Shown: positions 1 to 11,600 of the stretch, in pieces
Numbering within the stretch: position 1 is the stretch's first letter
Layout: the number at the start of each line of letters is the position of its first letter
Assembly (NCBI GenBank): GCA_018398765.1
Contig: JAHBMJ010000384.1
Location: 1-49,015 of the forward strand
Origin: Chromera velia
Lineage: Eukaryota
Reading direction: 5' to 3'
DNA length: 49,015 nt
Notes under the pieces: model-generated
Told to the model about the DNA's origin: nothing
The model's input: only the letters and a program-made list of their open reading frames with translations
Database searches by the model: none
Position numbers and translations under genes: made by a program

Positions 1-1580
1 AAAATGAGTTGTTAAAGATTTATCAGTAATGTATTGCTGCGGTTACAATTTTATTTTTTCTTTCACGTTTATTCACGTTAACACCATGTGTTAGCGAAGT
101 CCTTGTACATCATTAATTTTCTTATCAGCAAATGTATCTAATAGCAGAGCTCTTCTTATTTCTTCTTCTCAACCGTTTTGAAGCCCGTCCAGCCGTCTCC
201 GGCCCTCTACGGCATTTACAGATACCGCGGCTACGCTTTTGCGCAGCCAACAACCGTGATTGAGGGTTTTGTCATGCACCATATATTAATATGGGAAGGG
301 GAACCTGTTGTATGCATGTACCACAATCGATCATAGACGCACCTCTCAGTGCTCTCACCCTATCCCACCCCTGGGGGCCACGGCATGTCCCGTAGGGACA
401 TTACAATGTGTGTATATGGGCCGCAATGGTCCGCACCCCCGGCCACGCGGCAAAAAATTAAAAGAGGAGAAAAGATTTTTTTTTTTGAAAAAAGAAATAG
501 TTGTCACTGCATGTCACCTTTCCCTCTTTCGGTCTTCTATGAAGTGGTTGTATAAGTAGAGATCTATCCTCTGACAAAGTCTGGCATAGTCTAGCTGGCA
601 AAAACACATTAGGTATATCTTCTTTTGAGATTTGCACACAATTTTGCAGTGTTTCAAAGACTATGCATGTTAAAATTTTGCAGTCACTGCTTCTAAGTTC
701 TTTCAGCTACTTCCAGCTTTATATCTTTTTAAAGTCAATTTTTTGGTTATTGAGTATTAGCGAGTAAACATTAGTAAACATATATAGAAAACTTCTAAAA
801 ACTTTATTCTACTCTACTAAAAAAAAAACTCTACTCTACTGAATTTTCAATTTAAATTTACACATCTATTGAAATCTTATTTTTTTGGCATACGTGATTT
901 TTATTGTTGCATTGTATGCATATCGGTTTTCTTAGTTTTGAATTAACTACTCTTATGAATTAACCTTTTTAAGTTTTTAATTCAATACTTGAATAATTGT
1001 TGTAAACTTGTTGAACCATTTTTTTTCACACCGTTATACACCGTTTTCGGAACTTTGTAAATAAACACAAAATAATATAAAATTAACAACTAATAACAAC
1101 CAGAGATAAATTGTAGACATACAACATACAACTCAGAAAGGTTTTGTCTTATCCCCGAACAAATCATAATAACATTGCAGAAAGGTCTAGCGCCAAGTCT
1201 AGTGCCCAGTCTAGCACGTGAAATCACTCAATCAATCAATTCTTCAAGAATGATAAAGAATGACTAGGTTAGTACTACGTTTAAAGTTTAATTAAATTAA
1301 CTAAAACGTAAAACTGAAAGGAATGCCTTAAGTTAACCTTAAGTACACTCATAGCTGTATGTTTTATATAATATGTAATTATATATTAAATCTATTCTTC
1401 ACAAATTTTAGAAAATTCAGCCTTTCCATATGTACATAGCATACATAGTACTGAGAATCAAGTTGGGTCAGCTTTTATAGATGTCAACGCTCTCTGAGCT
1501 AATAAAAGTTGAATTTTTGACGCAAAATCTCTTTTACAAAAGTTAAAATAGAGGGAACTTTGGATAATTTCTGAACCCGG
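1..1580. other. AT-rich, TpA-rich non-coding island, probably decayed transposon DNA
   Basis: Much lower GC than the adjacent gene and no credible ORF. Short repeated motifs (gtctagc/gtctagt at about 1186-1217). 256-286 shares a motif with the micro-insertion at 23124-23165. Confidence 0.4.
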
Positions 1581-1700
1581 GCGCGCTGTTCAAGCAACAA
1601 ATCCCCCCTCTCTCACATGACGGCAGTGAGTCGGAGTTTGCCTTCCTTTTCGGAAAACTTTGTTGACTCGTCATAGGTCTTCAAGCTCCTGCCCTCCAAG

Positions 1701-4700
1701 TCAGAGAGGGCTTCGAATCGCTTTACCCGCGAGCAGCACGACCGTAATCAGGGCAGAGATGAGCAGGACAGCCACAACGACGCACAATTTTGAGGGAGCC
1801 CAACTGCAAACAGGGACAAGCAGAGAGAGGAAGGGTTGCTCTGCATTTCACAAAATGTTATCAGAAGGCTGCAGCTTGCAGGCGAAAGTGACTGACAACA
1901 CATATTTGAAACCGACAGAAAATGCGGAAAAAGGTTTATGGCACAATTCACTGCAACGCAAGATGATCACTCCACACCCAGTGACTCACCCTTTCCACAG
2001 CCATCCGTTCCCCCTTGCTGGTTTCTCTACGCCCTTCGCTCCCGCCTCACACAGAGCCACAGGGTTCGTCTGGGCCTCTAGGTCCCAACCCAAACCGCCC
2101 CCCTCTGCTTCAACTCTTCCAATCGACTTTCCCGCTTCTTTCCCTTTCTTCTCAACACAGTGACTCTCACCCCCCTCAGGATGCAGACCCTTCGAAGGGG
2201 ACGTCCGTGGAGCCGCAACACTGGCAGAAGGATGACCGGGAGGCCCCTCGAGATTCTCACTCACAGTGCCCCCCCCCACACTTGTGAGAGCAGAGGCTGA
2301 CGCCTGCCTCCCTTGTGCTAAGGCAACGTCTGTGATGTGAATGGGAGGAGAAGGCTTCGACTGCGTGGCCGTGTCCTCCACATCTCCTCTGCCGTTTGTG
2401 TCTAGATTCGGATGGCGCGCACCATCCTCTCGCTCTCCCTCTGGAGATGTATTCACAGTCTGAGAATCACCTGCTGCTTTGTTGATGTCGATACTTCGCT
2501 CTTGGGCACGCTTCTTCTTGTGCTCTTTTGAGTTCTCTCCCACCTGGTGTCTTCTCCTCCTCTGCCTCCGCTTCCGGTGACCACCTAGGTGCTTTCTTCT
2601 TTCCCTCCTGCGCTCTTCTGCCTCGTCAAGATCTCTCGACGGCCCCCGAGGCGAAGTGCTATCGGCATAGGAACGAAATGAGAGGGGGGTCTCAGGAGGA
2701 GATGGTCCCGCAGTCTCCCAGGGGGGGAGAGGGCGGNNNNNNNNNNNNNNNNNNNNNNNNNNNNGGGGGAATGGACCGACAGGGGGGGCATTGTGTGGGC
2801 TGGTTGTCCGTCTGTATTGTTAATAAAGTCTTCTGCAAAGTCTCCATTGGGCTTTACCCTCTCTTCGTCTTCCCTTCCGAGCACCGTTACATTCGCTTCT
2901 TCCCACTCCTCTTCTGCCAAGCCAATGAAAGACCGAGGGACATCCCACGGATCTTCAACCTCGCCCTCCCTCAGTTCCTCCACTGCATCTGGTAAAGCTG
3001 AAGCAGTGAAAGTCCATCGGGCTTCTTCTGCGTCTTCTTCGACTCTTCCCTCAACCGCATTGGGAGTAGATGACTTGGAGGCTGTTGGGTTCACTCTCTC
3101 TTGAGTGTTTCTTTTCTTCTTCTTTCGAGCCTCAGAGGGCCAAGCTGAAGTCGGTCCTTGATTTGACTCACTCATAGCTCTGGCAAATGTCCGCTGCTGC
3201 TCCCTTCCCGCGAAACTCACCTCAGCCTCCATGTTGCTGCTGAAGCCGCTGGACGTATGAGGAAAACGCTCTCCATCTCCCTGTGCCCCTTCCCCCTCAT
3301 CTTTTTGTCGGTCGTCGTGACTATCAAGGGGTAGTTCTCTCACACGATTGCTGGCCCAGGGTCGGTACATCGGGGGAGGAGGACCGAAAGAAAATGCAGA
3401 GGCAGGACCGCGGGGATGGTCGGACCCCCCCCCTGAGTCCGAAGAGAATTCTTCCCCCGCACCTCTGTGCACCAAGACCTCTTGGGACAGCGAGGCGACC
3501 AACACATCATCGGTCAAAACAAGGTGTGAGGAGTCCCTCTGTGCTTTTTCCTCATTCGTCGAATGATCTGGGGGAGGGGAGACAAGAGAAGGGGATGGGG
3601 GCCCACCCACATTGGGTCTGCTCGTAGGTGGCTGTAAGGTTTCATCGGGGGGCGTGAGTGAGAGTGAATTTTTCTTTTTGTCTTCATGTACCTGTCTGCC
3701 CTGCTGAGGAGTTTTCTTTTTTTGATGCTGAATTTTGGATAGTAATTCCTCCATCTCGGCCGAGAGACGTGTGAGTCTTTCCTCGTGGTTCGGCGAGACA
3801 GCTTCGTCGGAATTCTTTGCTTTTTGTTTCTTCTTCTTTTCGCGGCTGTTTGCACCACTCTTAATATTCTCTCTTCGAGAAAAAGAAAGGACGGCCTCTC
3901 GTCCTCTTTGGTCCTCTGCGAAGAGGTGGGGGGATGAGTCGGGTGGTCTGCTGCCGAATCTATTGCCAGGATTTGGGGGAAGCAGCTGCATGGGGGGGGG
4001 GCTGCCACTTCTCTCATTGTTTGAAGGGGATGGGGAAAGGTAGGGAGATAGAACAGATGGGGGAAGCAAAAATGGCGTGGATCCTCCTGCCGGCTGTTCT
4101 GGTGTTGGAAAGGGCATATTCGTCTTCTCATTTACCTGAACCTCGAGGAAGCGCTGGCCCTCTCCAGAGCCCCTACCAGCAGCAGCCTGGGAAGGGAACC
4201 TGGTTACTACATCATGCTGTTTTGCCCCAGGACCGTTGTCTGAGTACATCCCTTTTTCTTCCTCCTCTCGTGAGAGGTGTCCGGCGGCTGTTTTTGCCTC
4301 TGGTGGGCTGGGTGCAGATTCGTGTCTGTCTGCCAATTCGGATCTGATGGGGTGCTCGGAGGGTGACGTAAGCGAGAGAGCAGATGACTTGACTGAAGGA
4401 AAGACGGGAGCTGTGGGACCTAGTAACAAAAGGGGGGAGTGGGTGGAGGCAACGACACCACCGTGATTGTGTCCCTGGTCCTCCTGTCCTAGGCAAGACA
4501 GAAAAGATGTGAGAGGAAAAATTTCAGTAGGGTTCTCTTGATCATCCTTTTTCTCCTCTATGATCTCCATCTCCATCTCCGCATCCGTCTTGTTGTTCGG
4601 GGCTGTTTTCTCTGACTCCCCCTGAGGCAGGGACGGAGTCTCGTTGGAGTAGTCGTCTTGTGCTTCTCTGTGGTAATCCCCTAAACTTTCATATGAAGGA

Positions 4701-7700
4701 ATTGAAATTCCTTGGGTTATACCCGGATTTTCATAATTCTCCTCCCATGCCGACCGCACATGTCGGTCTCTTTGGAAGTCTTCCCCCTCGGAGGGTGTTT
4801 TTCCTTCGGTCTGGTGCTTCTGTTCATCTGCAGAGAGAGAGACCTCAGGGGGTTCTCTGAAAGGTCCCTGTTCGTCTTCTGAGAGAGTCACAGTGCCATT
4901 GGCCCCCTCTTCATCTCCCTCGTCTGACCGAGGAGAGGGGGGGAAGGAGAAAGCGGCTGCCTGAGGTTCGTACAGCTTGAACAGAGCACTCCAGGGTTTC
5001 GGCGTCCTCCCTCCTTCATCAGAAACTGCAAATGCGATCGAGACAGCAGAAGACAAACGCAGAGAAGGGTAAATCACTGATGATTTGAGAGAAAGTGTTT
5101 GGGTTTTACTAAAACAAAAAAGGAACGCATGGAAAAAACTCTAAGAAATCTGCTTAGTCGAAGAGAGAGAAAATCTCGATGAAAAATGGTTCTCTGTCGC
5201 ACACTCACCGTCAATGTCTCTATTTGTCTCCTCTTCTCTTTGTTTGTCTCCCTCTTCCTCTTCCTTGAGCCCTTCTTCTCTGACATTCTCGACAGCAACG
5301 CCGACCGGAGACCTCACAGCAGAAGAGGCAGGAGAGAAGGGCACTGACTCCTTCTCTCCCTCTACAGAAGGATGGAGGGACTCCCACCCTTCCCCCTCGT
5401 TTTCCTTCATCACCATCATCATCATCGGGCTTTTGCCCTTTTCTTCTTCGTATTCTTCAAGGTGCCTCTCATTCGAGAAGCTCTCTGAAAGAAGGTTGTG
5501 TGAAGACGCAAATTCGAAATCTCCCCCCCTCTGTTGTTTTCTGGAGCCCCTCTGGGACCATGACGTCCACCCTGTGAGGGCACCTTCCACCACACGCAGA
5601 GTGTCAGTATCCACATCTGTGTCTGTCCCTACTCTGCTGACTCTGTCTGGATTTAACCCCCTGAGAAATGTGCTCTCTTCATCTTCCCCTCCCGTCTCGG
5701 CTCCTCGTATCATCTGATGACTTTCGCTTGTCCTTTCTTCTCTTCTCCATGAGATCGAGTCGGATCTCGAGGATCTCGAGGAACAAGGAAGCGCTAGACT
5801 GTCCTCCTCCTCTTCATCCTGTGCTTCTTCTTTGGGTTTTGCGTGTTTGCTCAGAGAAAGAGAGCTGCTGTTGGCATTGGACGCAGAGGGCTTGGGGGAG
5901 TTCGGATTGGCCAGATGGAGAGCGTAGGAAGTGGATAGCTGGAGGGGGAGAGGGGAGACAGGCTCTCGTCCGTCTTCTTTTGGCCGTCTTACTCTTTCCG
6001 TTCCCTCAAATGCACCTTTGCCCTCTTCTGTGTTTACTCTCAGCCTTTTCAGTTCTCTTGCGCTATGCTTTTCCTTTTCCTGTCCGTTTGGCTCTTTCCC
6101 TTCATCACAGCTGGTCTCTTTCGTGCACTGGCCTGCGCGTTTGTCGTCCCTTCCAAGACTGGCACAGTGCTGGAGGCAATCGCTAATGTCAACACCCCCC
6201 CTCTCTTTTTCTCTTGCGTCCAAGAACTGGGGGGAGGCTGAGTCTTTGTCTTCAAGACTGTGCGTCTCTCTTTTCTCCGTGCGTTGGGGTGATAGTGTGC
6301 TCATGGGAGGTGAGCTGTCTTTCCTCTCTGTCCCACCCTCAGCTACACTGCCTGTTTCTTCGAACTCTTCCATCCCCTCCCCCCCTAGCCGTAGAGTCGC
6401 CTGGAGAGGTGCCGTAGGGGGGGCACACTCCCCGTGTGCTTCCGTTGTAATGTTGGGCAGAGAAGACAGGGAGAACACATCGGCGTCTGGGTGTTCGGAC
6501 AGGTTGGGGGTGTTCTTTCTCGGAGTGTCTTTCTGACTCTGATTGGAAAAAGAAGAAGAAGAAAAGGGGGTGGAGACGCTTTGTGAATATTTGACGGCGT
6601 TTGCAGGTGGTTGCGTCTCTGTGCAGTCCTGCTTCGTGTCTCCTGATCCGCCAACCGGGGGAGAGAGGGAAGTCAAGGGAGGCAGAGGGGAGGGAGGAGC
6701 CTCTGCAGGTCCTCCTGTACCGCAAGAGTCGAAGGGAGTGTAGGAGAGGCTCGGGAGTCTGTGCGGCTCGCCTATTTTCTCTTTGTGCTCTCCCTCCGCT
6801 TCTTCTGTCTTTACAGCCTGACTCGCCCTCTCTCCCAGTTTGACGAAAAGTCGAGAGAGCATCTCATTGGAAGAGGACGCTCTGCTATTGTCTCTGTCTT
6901 TTCGATGGTGACTGTGTCGTTTGGAGAGGCCAGGGGAAGAGGCCACAGAAGCGCGGGATCGGCTTCTTGCGTCCGTTGGGGTGCGGGGACAGCTGAAGGT
7001 TTCACCGTCGCGTGTGTGTACAGATTGGGAAAAGTCGTTGCTGGAAGGGCACGGGGCGCTCAGTGCAGCGGGAAGGTGTGATGTTGGCATGGCGACGGGG
7101 ACTTCTTCCGTCTCGTCGTGCTGTTGGAAAGGTGCGTGAGATCTCAGGCGGAAGGTATGGCCTGAGAGTTCTTCTCGTTTGTTTGCTACCGTGACCTCGT
7201 CTTCTGAATTCGGGGGGCTTCCTGAGGAAGACTTTCTTCTTCCTGAGGAGGGAGGTGGACGGTATGCACTTCTCAACATAGTGGGCTTCTTTGGGGGGGG
7301 AGGGCGGGGGTTGCATTTCATGTGTGGAGGTTTGGGTGGCGGTTGCAACGCAGAAGGTCTAAAGGAAACTCTAAAGGCGTTGGGATCTGTAATGTCGGGT
7401 TTTTCGTACAGGTCCTCACTTGAATCCGAAAAATGATCTTCTGGGACATGCATGGGGGTCGAAGAAGACCGCATGGGCAGAGATCTCTCATCTACAATAG
7501 TTACGCCCTTTTCCTCCTCCTCATGCCCCTCCCCAACAAGATCGATGTGGGAACCGTTGCTCCTGGACTGGTGAGACGGTGCGCCGGCTGCAACACTGAT
7601 GTTGCACTCCGCGGAAAAGCTCGGTGTCGCTTTCAATCGAGCCCCCGTTGTTACAGGTTTGCGCTCCTTTTCAAAGTCCTGCAGAAGGCGAGAGGCCATA

Positions 7701-7991
7701 CAGTTTACTGCACGTGCAGCAAGAACAAACATTGAAGAGAAATGGTGTTGTTTCAAGAATACACGCAATCTAGCACTTACCGAATTAGCCAGCAGCCTCC
7801 AGAAACGATTGAAATCACATCGAACTTCCCTGCAAACATGCCAATCAAGCAAGATGGTTTCATAGAGCACGGTCTTTGAGTGGCCTCTAGAGTCAATGGG
7901 AGCCAACAAAGCAGTCGGCTGTTGATGCTTACCTTGCAGACTGAGGTTCCGTTGTTTGGTCAGCAACACCAGCACCAACGAAAGTAGTCAT
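1701..7991 (-). CDS. Large (~1,900 aa) low-complexity, likely disordered protein with one C-terminal transmembrane helix (tail-anchored topology); function unknown
   Basis: Manual model: exons 7991-7933, 7829-7781, 7678-5209, 5025-1990, 1803-1701. All introns are GT-AG with phase-compatible junctions (donors GTAAGC, GTAAGT, GTGAGT, GTGAGT). Joins ORFs 5141..7978, 2585..5077 and 1986..2543; the frame change at the N gap disappears if the gap length is inexact. Last exon encodes WAPSKLCVVVAVLLISALITVVLLAGKAIRSPL*. Confidence 0.7.
2737..2764. other. Assembly gap (28 N) between G-rich tracts
   Basis: Run of n characters; produces an apparent frameshift in the minus-strand gene. Confidence 0.99.
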
Positions 7992-8495
7992 GTCTACTTA
8001 TCAGTCGAAAGGGTCCGAGGGTTAAAAGCTAAAGTCGAACACGCAAGCAACAGCCGGGACAACGTCACCTCATATTAAATCCTGCACGACTCTCTGGAAC
8101 CAGAAGCGAAGGGTGCAGCCTGATTGAATCTAATTCAATCATCACGTCCGATGTGCGCCTTTTTCATGCATGCATGCATGCACGAAAAAACTTACAAGTT
8201 TTGCGCTCGTAACGCGGGCGCGCGCTGATTGGCGGCTGAAAAAGTCACAGCATATATGCTTGTGTGCCGCGGCCCGCGCGCGCATCCATGCATATCGCGG
8301 ATTGAACCGATGCACGTGCCGTCTCTCACTCAGACTCACTGGTCTGTCTCCTTTGTTGTCTGAATCCTCCAGGGATGCCTCCTCAGTCCTCACACCTGAC
8401 TGGCTTGCCAGCGTACCTCGCCAAGGCAGTCAAGCATTCGAGAAACCCGTTGTCGGAGGTGGCCTTTGTATTGTGTTGTCCCGTTGAAAACTTCA
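7992..8495. promoter_or_regulatory. Probable bidirectional promoter with tandem TGCATGCA motifs
   Basis: About 0.5 kb between two head-to-head genes. CATGCATGCATGCATGCA at 8165-8182, GCGCGCGC tracts at about 8217-8225 and 8276-8283, and CTGATTGG (CCAAT on minus). TGCATGCA is a known ApiAP2-bound motif in apicomplexans. Confidence 0.5.
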
Positions 8496-8627
8496 GTGAA
8501 GATTCTCATCTTGGCGTCTCTACTTCCTCTCGCGGCTTTCTTGGCGGAAACCGCTGAGTGTGTGCCTTTCCGTGTCGCCTCATTCGTTGCTGCTCTTCCA
8601 AGGACACACTTCGCTTCCACTAGAGCA

Positions 8628-11600
8628 ATGGCGTCAAAGAGAGAGGCCCCGGATGCCAACAACGAGTCCGGGGCAAAGGCTCCAAAGCTCCCGGAGTTGT
8701 CGGAGTTCAACATGAATCGAACGCGCATACTCAACAAGTTTCAAGTCACTGATGGTGACACAAAGAAAGCAGTGTGCTACTGGATGTCGCGAGATCAGCG
8801 AGCGCACGATAACTGGGCTCTCCTTTATGCTCAGAAGCTTGCGCTTGAGCGAAAGGTGCCGTTGATTGTCGTGTTCTGTCTCGTGCCAAAGTTCTTGGAA
8901 GCCACGATCAGACAATTCGGATTCATGCTGAGGGGGTTGAAGGAAGTCGAGGAGACTCTGATGGAAAAGGAAATTCCATTCTTTTTACTCAGAGGGTACG
9001 CGAAGGATGTGCTGCCTGAGTTTGTGGATGAACAGGGGATCGGGTGCCTCGTCACAGACATGTCCCCCCTTAGGTCAGTCGATCAGTCGGTCAGGCAGTC
9101 ACTGGAAGTTGCTGATGTCACCACTTGTCTGTCTCCTCCTGCAGCCACAGAAACCCGTCGGTCCCTCTTCTTTCCTTCATTCTGTCACGGCACCATGTTG
9201 TCTTCCTTCTCCGTTGTGCTTTTAGGGTCCCTGCCAGTTGGTATGCGAGTGTCGCGCAGTCACTGGAGCCGAAGAAAGTGCCAGTGATCCAGGTAGATGC
9301 TCACAACATTGTGCCCGTCTGGCACGCCTCCCAGAAGATGGAGGTGGGGGCGAGGACAATCAGGCCGAAGATCCACAAATACATGCCCGCGTTCTGCACA
9401 GAATACCCCAAACTGAAGGCACACCCGCACGGAGGCTCGGTGAAAAAGCCAAAAGCGTTTGACTTGGAAAAGACCATTGAGGAACTCGAGGTAAGCTCTC
9501 TCTCCCCCTTTCCGCCTCTCCAAAGGGAGCTTCAATTGTCGTGTTTCCCTCTTTTTGTCTGTCTATTATTTGCCTCATTTCTGCGATCCTAACCCTCTCT
9601 GTTTTCGGCATACAGCATTCAAGATAAATCAGAACCTCCAGTTCCCCCCTCCACTAATCGTTCACAAGAGAGAAAGAAAGAGAGAGAGAGAGAGAGAGCG
9701 AATGATGACTTACAATGATAGGCCGGAACGAGGAAGGTGAACGCCTCTCCTCTTGCCGAATTTCATTTGAGCCTTCTTCTATTTCTGACAGCTCGTCTCT
9801 CTGCACAGAAATCACGGAAGCATTTTGCGCAACTTTCCCCCTTTCCTGCGTCAAAAGACGATGTCGACACCTGGTCCGCTGCCCCGCTCTCGACAGTATT
9901 TTGTCGCAGACCCACACACGCATCTTCCAATACTTGTTTCAGTTGGCTTTTGTCTGGAATGTGCTCCCTGCCTGTGTCTCTTCCTTCTCCCTCTTACCGC
10001 TGTATTCCCACCTCAAAAAGTTTTTGTTTTCGTGTGAGACACTCACTGCGTTTGTGAATGGGTGAAAGAAATTCCTGTCTGCTTTGCCTCCAACCGCCTC
10101 ATTGCAGGTCGACAAGACTGTGCCTGAGGTCAAATGGGCTCGGCCTGGATTTACCGGTGGGATGGCGGAGCTCAACAAATTCTGCAAGTGCGTTTGTACA
10201 AATGCACACACCACACACGCGCGCACGCACACCCACGCCCGCAGGGAGAGGGGGGGAACGGGGTTGGAAAGAGACATTGACGCGTACACACGTATGTGCT
10301 CTTACAAACATTCTCTCGTGACCGCCCCCACAAACACATACGCAGAAGGACTCACAAACATACAAACGCAGGGCAGGAACAGAAAAAGGGACATGGTGTC
10401 TGCTCAAGCTGGCGCGAAGGAGCAATCTGACTGCAGAATCAACTGATCGATCTCAAGAACAAAAGAGAGAGAGAGAGAGAGAGTGCAGAGCAGATGTTGA
10501 ACAAGGTTGAGTGGCTTCTGGGGAAAGAACGGCCAACCTAGGATGCTTGTGAATCCACATAAATCAAGGGAATAGAGAAAACCCATTTGGCTGTTCTCTT
10601 GTTGCCACACTCATTGACCCGTTTCTGTCTAAACAAACAGTCCGCTGTCTGTTCACCATCCTCTGTCTCGTTGTTACCAGAGGCGAGTCTTCCTTTCTTC
10701 AGGTTTGAAAACACACCGCCTTTTTTCCCGTTGAATCCTCCTCCCTCCCCCGTGTGTCCTTGCTTGCCTGCAGAGACCGGCTGAAGATCTTTGGGGCAGA
10801 CAGGAACAACCCAAACAAAAATGTCAGTCAGTCAAAGAGAAAAGGCGAGCAGACCAAAGGCACACACACCCTAATCAGATCACCAGACTCGGAACAGAGA
10901 TCAAAAGAGGGTTCTTTTAGTTCGGCTTCAGAGCAACATTTTGCTGCTTGGCAGAAGAAAGAAGGCAACGTACACCGTCGGGTCGCCTCTTCCAGTATCG
11001 CACAGACGCAAACAGGCAGGCACGCAAATGCTCGCAGATACATACTCACACGTGCCCACAATTTCACGCGTCTATCTGCCTTTCACGTGAAAATCCACAA
11101 AACACTTTCTCCCTGACATTCATTCTCCCCCCCTTCTGTCTGTGCTCTCTTTTCTTTAGCGGCAGTCTCCATCTTCACGCAGCTTCCTTCAAGTCTTTCT
11201 CTCCCCCTCTTTGCACTGAATGAACGAACTGCAGGCGCTGAGCAACCTGTCCCCCTGGATCCACTTCGGGCAGATCTCTGTGCAGAGGGCGGTGCTGGCC
11301 GTGAGGGCCCACTGCCGGGAGCAGTCGGGATGCTCCGAGGGCAAGGAGGCCTTCATTGAAGAATCCGTCGTCAGGAGAGAGGTCAGGCAGGCAGGCAGGC
11401 AGGAATTCATAGGGTTGGGGGAAAAGGGGGATAGATGCACTGAAAACATGAGAAACAGTCACAAGGACTGATGCGAGTCAATGCAGCCACGTCCGAAAGG
11501 AAAAGACTTAGAAGGTCCACACGCCGAGAGGCCATCACAGACGTTTATCTTACTTCTCTCTCATGGAATTTTGCAGTTTCTGAATCTAGCTCGTTTATTT

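Noticed and set aside
2585..2764. Apparent frameshift or programmed recoding between the 830-aa and 185-aa ORFs
   Set aside because: Coincides with a 28-N gap of uncertain length; another frame is open from the gap into the downstream ORF.
2528..7865. Many plus-strand ORFs opposite the large minus-strand gene
   Set aside because: Antisense shadows of a GC-rich low-complexity CDS with no independent domain or splice support.
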